Shown here piece after piece: positions 7,489 through 11,100 of a stretch of 11,100 nt of DNA. The position numbers and the translations under genes are program-made. Each line of letters opens with the position of its first letter. Positions within the stretch are counted from its first letter, which is position 1. Below the pieces are notes generated by a model. It had not been told where the DNA came from. It made no database searches and saw nothing but the letters and a program-made list of their open reading frames with translations. Source of the stretch: Candidatus Thorarchaeota archaeon (GTDB taxonomy: Archaea; Asgardarchaeota; Thorarchaeia; Thorarchaeales; Thorarchaeaceae); the NCBI GenBank assembly GCA_029858305.1, contig JAOUFI010000075.1, positions 1-11,100 of the forward strand, written 5' to 3'.

Positions 7489-8151
7489 ATGTATCAATTA
7501 CTGAATATTCTAGCATTTCTGCTTCTCATTACTACTATAGCTTTCATAGGACTCATCAGATCCAACACCATTCATAGAAGGACTTCGCGCATCCTTAGAA
7601 AAGCACAAAACGCTCCTTGGAATCTTGTCGAGTTCACCCGATTACATCCAAGTCAGTGGAATAGGCGTGAGTATTACCGATTCACAGAAGAACCAGTGAG
7701 GTCTTTTGCCCATCGATATAATGGAAGATTTGATACAGCAATTCTACATTGGGAAGAGGCTGCAGTTTTGGATCTCATGATTGAGTACAAGTTCCCGGTT
7801 AGATATTTACCAAAAAAGATGAAGGAAGAGGATTACTTTCAGACAGGCCTTTATTCTCTGGCTCTAGCAGAATCAGGGATATCATGCAGCTCAACAAAAC
7901 TCGTTACAGTATACTGCTTGCAAGATGTTGCGAAAAGATGTATTCATGACAAATTGAAGAGGAATTGTTGGCACTGCGAACATGGGAGAGTCTTTGAGAA
8001 AAGATTCAATCCTGATACTATCCAAAAACATCTGAAGATGCTCGATGAAGTATGGTACAAAAAACGTCTACCGAAAGCAACACCATCAGAAACGAAATGT
8101 AAACCATGCTCTTTTTCTAAAACTGGGGATTGCAATTACTCAGTAGTATAA
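7489..8151 (+). CDS. C-terminal half of a split Cas4/Exo5-like PD-(D/E)xK nuclease, with N-terminal transmembrane helix
   Basis: N-terminal signal-anchor (LLNILAFLLLITTIAFIGLI) followed by basic residues. RecB-type motifs GRFD, IEYK and QTGLY (QxxxY), and C-terminal KCKPCSFSKTGDC supplying three Fe-S Cys. GGTGA RBS at 7480-7484. Confidence 0.8.
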   Translation: MYQLLNILAFLLLITTIAFIGLIRSNTIHRRTSRILRKAQNAPWNLVEFTRLHPSQWNRREYYRFTEEPVRSFAHRYNGRFDTAILHWEEAAVLDLMIEYKFPVRYLPKKMKEEDYFQTGLYSLALAESGISCSSTKLVTVYCLQDVAKRCIHDKLKRNCWHCEHGRVFEKRFNPDTIQKHLKMLDEVWYKKRLPKATPSETKCKPCSFSKTGDCNYSVV

Positions 8152-8174
8152 TTATAGACTGAAAAGCATAGACC

Positions 8175-8180
8175 TTAATA
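8175..8180 (+). promoter_or_regulatory. TATA-like box for a probably leaderless transcript of 8206-8622
   Basis: TTAATA lies about 26-31 nt upstream of ATG 8206, with purine-rich GAAAAG further upstream and no RBS before the ATG. Confidence 0.35.
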
Positions 8181-8205
8181 CGCCCACGCACAGAATGACA
8201 ATATC

Positions 8206-8622
8206 ATGGCTCGAGACTTGATGAAACTTCTGACACAAGTAATAACTGCAAAGAGAGACCTAAAACAGATCTACTATACAAGTAGAAATAAAGAATCCAA
8301 ACTGGATGCAAAAGAGTTAGTGGCAGCAGTGATTGGAGTGCAGAAATTATTGGAGGACCTAATCGACCTGAGTCGAAAGAGAAGAATTGCTAAGAAAGTG
8401 CTAGATGACAGAAAAGCTGAGTTGACGATCAGAAGGTGGTCAATGGGTTTACCAAAGCGTGTTAAGGATTTTGTTGAAAAGGCGAAAAATCTTGAGCAGC
8501 AGCATCTAACGAAGTATTGTGAGTCATTATTGCAGTACATTACCTCTATCGGTGAAGAGCTGGCAAAATGGATTGAGGACATTACCACCCTGGCAGAGAT
8601 ACCAAAGCCGCCCCGCGGTTAG
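8206..8622 (+). CDS. Hypothetical all-alpha (helical bundle/coiled-coil) protein
   Basis: 138-aa ORF with amphipathic heptad-like helices, a basic middle (SRKRRIAKK) and a Pro-rich tail (IPKPPRG). No family recognised. Confidence 0.75.
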   Translation: MARDLMKLLTQVITAKRDLKQIYYTSRNKESKLDAKELVAAVIGVQKLLEDLIDLSRKRRIAKKVLDDRKAELTIRRWSMGLPKRVKDFVEKAKNLEQQHLTKYCESLLQYITSIGEELAKWIEDITTLAEIPKPPRG

Positions 8623-8637
8623 ATATTTCAGACGGTC

Positions 8638-9717
8638 TTAATATCGCAACCGCGCAGCAATCCCACCAAATGCCTTTAGTTGTGTACCTGACTCTGTTTG
8701 ATTTGAAAAAACGAGTAGCTCAGAGCCGTATTGGGATACATCTTCATAGATCGTGTCAATTTGATCTGCAAGGTCTTCAGTGATTAAAAGTGTCTGTACA
8801 CGTCCAATCTTTAGAGCATCAAATACCTCTTTTTTGCCGTAGGTTACTGTGTTTAGGCCTTTCATGAGATCTCCCATGAATGCATCCCATGCTTGACGTT
8901 CAGCATAAATCTCGGTTTCCTTCATAATTCTAGATGCATCTTTCATTGCCTGATAGAGACCTGTTTCATCGATTATACTCACAGGAATGATTGTTTCTAC
9001 TATCTTATCACGAAGTCTGTAGTCAAGGTCTCCCTTTTCGAGGAATTCCTGACATCGGATAGTGTTTCCTCCTAGCACAATTGCATCCACATTTTCAATT
9101 TTATCAATTAGTAATTCTGCCATGAGTCTACCAACATATTTGAAGAACTCTTGCATCTTTTCCTCTCGAATTCGAAGATACCTGTTTGCACTCTGTCCAC
9201 CGGCTCTTGTCTTACCAATTATGTAAAAGTCCTCATCCCGGATAAGCTCCATGTGCTTGCCACGAAGATAACCTATCGTAACTTTTCCTCCTTCTATGAG
9301 AACTATAACGACAAGACTCTTTGGCTGAGTCATATTCTCAAGTTCTTCAGTAATAAACTCGCGACCACAAGTGTAAACGAATTGAGAAATGGGAGATGGT
9401 GGAACAACCATCTCGCGAATTGCTCTACCAGTTCCGCCCTCTTCCTCGATGCCAAAAAAGAACGCTAATCCTGTTGGAGGCAGAGTGTTTATCTTTGTTA
9501 ATTCACTGAGAATCGCTGTTAGATTATCTGCTACGTTTTTCCTGTTTGCTTTACTCTTTATGTTGTCGGCACCAGCTAATTCGGTCTTCACAAAGCTAGT
9601 CACATCAGTAAGACTCTTTGTGGGAGGAATATATAATGTGGTGAATGAACTGTGTCGTCCCTGGTAAGCTTTCAGCTGCTCTACTTTGCGTTTTAGCTTT
9701 TGACGTTCAACAGACAT
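8638..9717 (-). CDS. prf1: Peptide chain release factor aRF1 (eRF1 family), compact form
   Basis: NIKS (ADNIKSKANR), YxCxxxF (YTCGREF), GGQ (TRAGGQSANRY) and C-terminal FGGIAARLRY. The likely start is ATG 9717 (MSVERQKLK; 359 aa) preceded by AGGTGA, rather than TTG 9774. Confidence 0.93.
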   Translation of the reverse strand: MSVERQKLKRKVEQLKAYQGRHSSFTTLYIPPTKSLTDVTSFVKTELAGADNIKSKANRKNVADNLTAILSELTKINTLPPTGLAFFFGIEEEGGTGRAIREMVVPPSPISQFVYTCGREFITEELENMTQPKSLVVIVLIEGGKVTIGYLRGKHMELIRDEDFYIIGKTRAGGQSANRYLRIREEKMQEFFKYVGRLMAELLIDKIENVDAIVLGGNTIRCQEFLEKGDLDYRLRDKIVETIIPVSIIDETGLYQAMKDASRIMKETEIYAERQAWDAFMGDLMKGLNTVTYGKKEVFDALKIGRVQTLLITEDLADQIDTIYEDVSQYGSELLVFSNQTESGTQLKAFGGIAARLRY

Positions 9718-9847
9718 CTTCTTCACCTTCAATGGGTTGCGGTTACTGATTTCATCAAAAATCAGAGGCGGCAATCAACTGCCAAGTGAATCCCAAGATT
9801 GAGTATATTTTAACATTGTGTCATAGCTCCGACTGAAAGACGACAGA

Positions 9848-9854
9848 TTAAAAA
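9848..9854 (+). promoter_or_regulatory. TATA-like box of the pheS transcript
   Basis: TTAAAAA preceded by purine-rich GAAAGACGACAGA; it would place a start site near 9875-9880, just before the structured leader. Confidence 0.3.
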
Positions 9855-9893
9855 GGAAGACCTAGTAGGTCATTTTAATCAGGTGAAGGACGG

Positions 9894-9926
9894 ATGGATA
9901 ACCGCCAATTTATTATGCTCCATTGA
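9894..9926 (+). CDS. Possible 10-codon upstream ORF (MDNRQFIMLH) in the pheS leader
   Basis: AGGTGA (9881-9886) lies 7 nt before ATG 9894; TGA at 9924-9926; one Phe codon. Confidence 0.25.
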   Translation: MDNRQFIMLH

Positions 9927-10005
9927 GAAGGAGCCTTCAATCATCATTTTACAAAACGTGCGGTTTATCGGTCCAAGTCACAAGATGCAGGAGTTTTGAG
10001 CAACC

Positions 10006-11100
10006 ATGACTGAACAACTGACAGAGGGAGAAAGAATAATTCTTAGGGGTATTATCGAATTAGGGAACAGAGTGCCAGCCTCTGAGGTTGCTGATTTTAC
10101 AAAGCAAAAGAATGAGAGAGTAGTTTCCATTCTAAATTCCCTTGCTAGTAGAGGAATCATAAAACTTGAAACTCGTGAGATTACCTCGTACACCCTCACT
10201 GATGAAGGCAAGGAATATGCGAATGAAGGACTTCCTGAGACTCGATTAATCAAAGCCATTGAAGAACTTGGAGGAACTGCTGGTGTTGATGAAGCTGTAG
10301 CACGATCAGGATTGTCACCCAAAAGCAAAGGTATTGCATTGAACTGGGCAAAACGTAATGGATGGGTGACAATATCAAAACAAGAAGATACCACAATCCT
10401 ATCTAGCGTGAAAAGTGATGTTCAATCACCTGTTGCTAAAGCGCTGAATCTCATTGCAGAACATAAGGAGAGAGGAAGTCAGATTGACAACACAACCCTA
10501 AGACAATTAATCGAAAGAAATCTAGTGAATGAAGCTATCATAAAAAGTGTTGAAGCTGAAATATCTCAGGAATATACAGACATTATCGAGGAGCTACTCA
10601 GCGGGTCAATGGGCGAAATTGGAGACCTTACTCCTGAGATTTTGGCAAGTGGATCGTGGAAAGGAAAATCATTCAGGCCCTATAATGTCGGTATAGCTCC
10701 GGTCTACGTCAATTATGGGAAAAAACATCCATACGCAGAATTCAATGATTGGTTAAGAGAAATCATGGTGGGATTAGGCTTTACAGAATGGTTTGGTCCC
10801 TATGTTGAAACTGAGTTTTGGGGCCATGATACTCTCTTTGTTCCTCAAGATCATGTGGCACGTGAAGTTCAGGATCAGTTCAGAGTCGCCTCCCCATACA
10901 GCCATGGTCATATTCTAGATACTAAGTACTATGAATTTGTGAAGAGGGTTCACGAAGATGGGGGTGATACAGGGTCAAAGGGATGGGATTGGCCATATAG
11001 CAAAGAGATTGCTACAAGGCTTTGCCTTAGGCCACACACGACTCCCGTATCGATGAGATATCTCTACGAACATCGAGAGAGTCCACAAAAGATGTTCATC
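10006..11100 (+). CDS. pheS: Phenylalanine--tRNA ligase alpha subunit, archaeal type; 3' truncated by the window edge
   Basis: Missing from the ORF track because there is no stop in the window. Translation from ATG 10006: MTEQLTEGERIIL...YTLTDEGKEYANEGLPE...WAKRNGWV...LTPEILASGSWKGKSFRPYNV...GKKHPY...GLGFTE...FVPQDHVAREVQD...HEDGGDTGSKGW...LRPHTT. Confidence 0.95.
   Translation, partial: MTEQLTEGERIILRGIIELGNRVPASEVADFTKQKNERVVSILNSLASRGIIKLETREITSYTLTDEGKEYANEGLPETRLIKAIEELGGTAGVDEAVARSGLSPKSKGIALNWAKRNGWVTISKQEDTTILSSVKSDVQSPVAKALNLIAEHKERGSQIDNTTLRQLIERNLVNEAIIKSVEAEISQEYTDIIEELLSGSMGEIGDLTPEILASGSWKGKSFRPYNVGIAPVYVNYGKKHPYAEFNDWLREIMVGLGFTEWFGPYVETEFWGHDTLFVPQDHVAREVQDQFRVASPYSHGHILDTKYYEFVKRVHEDGGDTGSKGWDWPYSKEIATRLCLRPHTTPVSMRYLYEHRESPQKMFI

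Noticed and set aside
7482-7491. Selenocysteine or readthrough fusion of the two nuclease halves at TGA TGA
   Set aside because: ORF B is in a different frame, has its own RBS and ATG, and I saw no slippery site. Readthrough alone could not fuse them.
7224-8151. CRISPR-Cas locus
   Set aside because: No direct-repeat/spacer array and no cas1, cas2 or effector genes are in the window; the Cas4-like genes are solo.
9718-9774. 19-aa N-terminal extension of aRF1 from TTG 9774
   Set aside because: ATG 9717 has an AGGTGA RBS and matches the normal aRF1 start; the extension is likely 5' UTR.
9978-10394. 138-aa minus-strand ORF, and the other short ORFs nested in or antisense to the main genes
   Set aside because: Shadow ORFs overlapping pheS, prf1, ino1, DedA and the oxidoreductase genes, with no protein-like motifs.
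1-11100. Stop-codon reassignment linked to the unusual aRF1
   Set aside because: The 12 main genes with stops in the window end in TAG (6), TGA (3) and TAA (3), at expected positions where the family is recognisable. No in-frame stops interrupt conserved genes.

Overview
Archaeal genomic segment, shown by an archaeal-type aRF1, an archaeal PheRS alpha with N-terminal winged-helix domains, GGTGA ribosome-binding sites and TATA-like promoters. An Asgard/Thorarchaeia-like origin is only my impression and is not demonstrated. In order, it holds: a GlcD-like FAD oxidoreductase (5' truncated) plus a CCG-domain Fe-S partner; a membrane-tethered wHTH regulator plus a double-anchored surface glycoprotein; an unannotated ~240-nt highly structured minus-strand RNA; a myo-inositol-1-phosphate synthase homologue with an altered active site; CpXC, DedA/VTT and AbrB-ACT-like genes; a Cas4/Exo5-like PD-(D/E)xK nuclease split into two genes, each half carrying a transmembrane helix at the split point; a helical hypothetical protein; a compact aRF1; and pheS (3' truncated) preceded by a structured leader with a uORF. 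No CRISPR array, cas1, transposase, tRNA or rRNA was seen. The best candidates for novelty are the split membrane-anchored nuclease (7224-8151) and the structured RNA (4018-4257).
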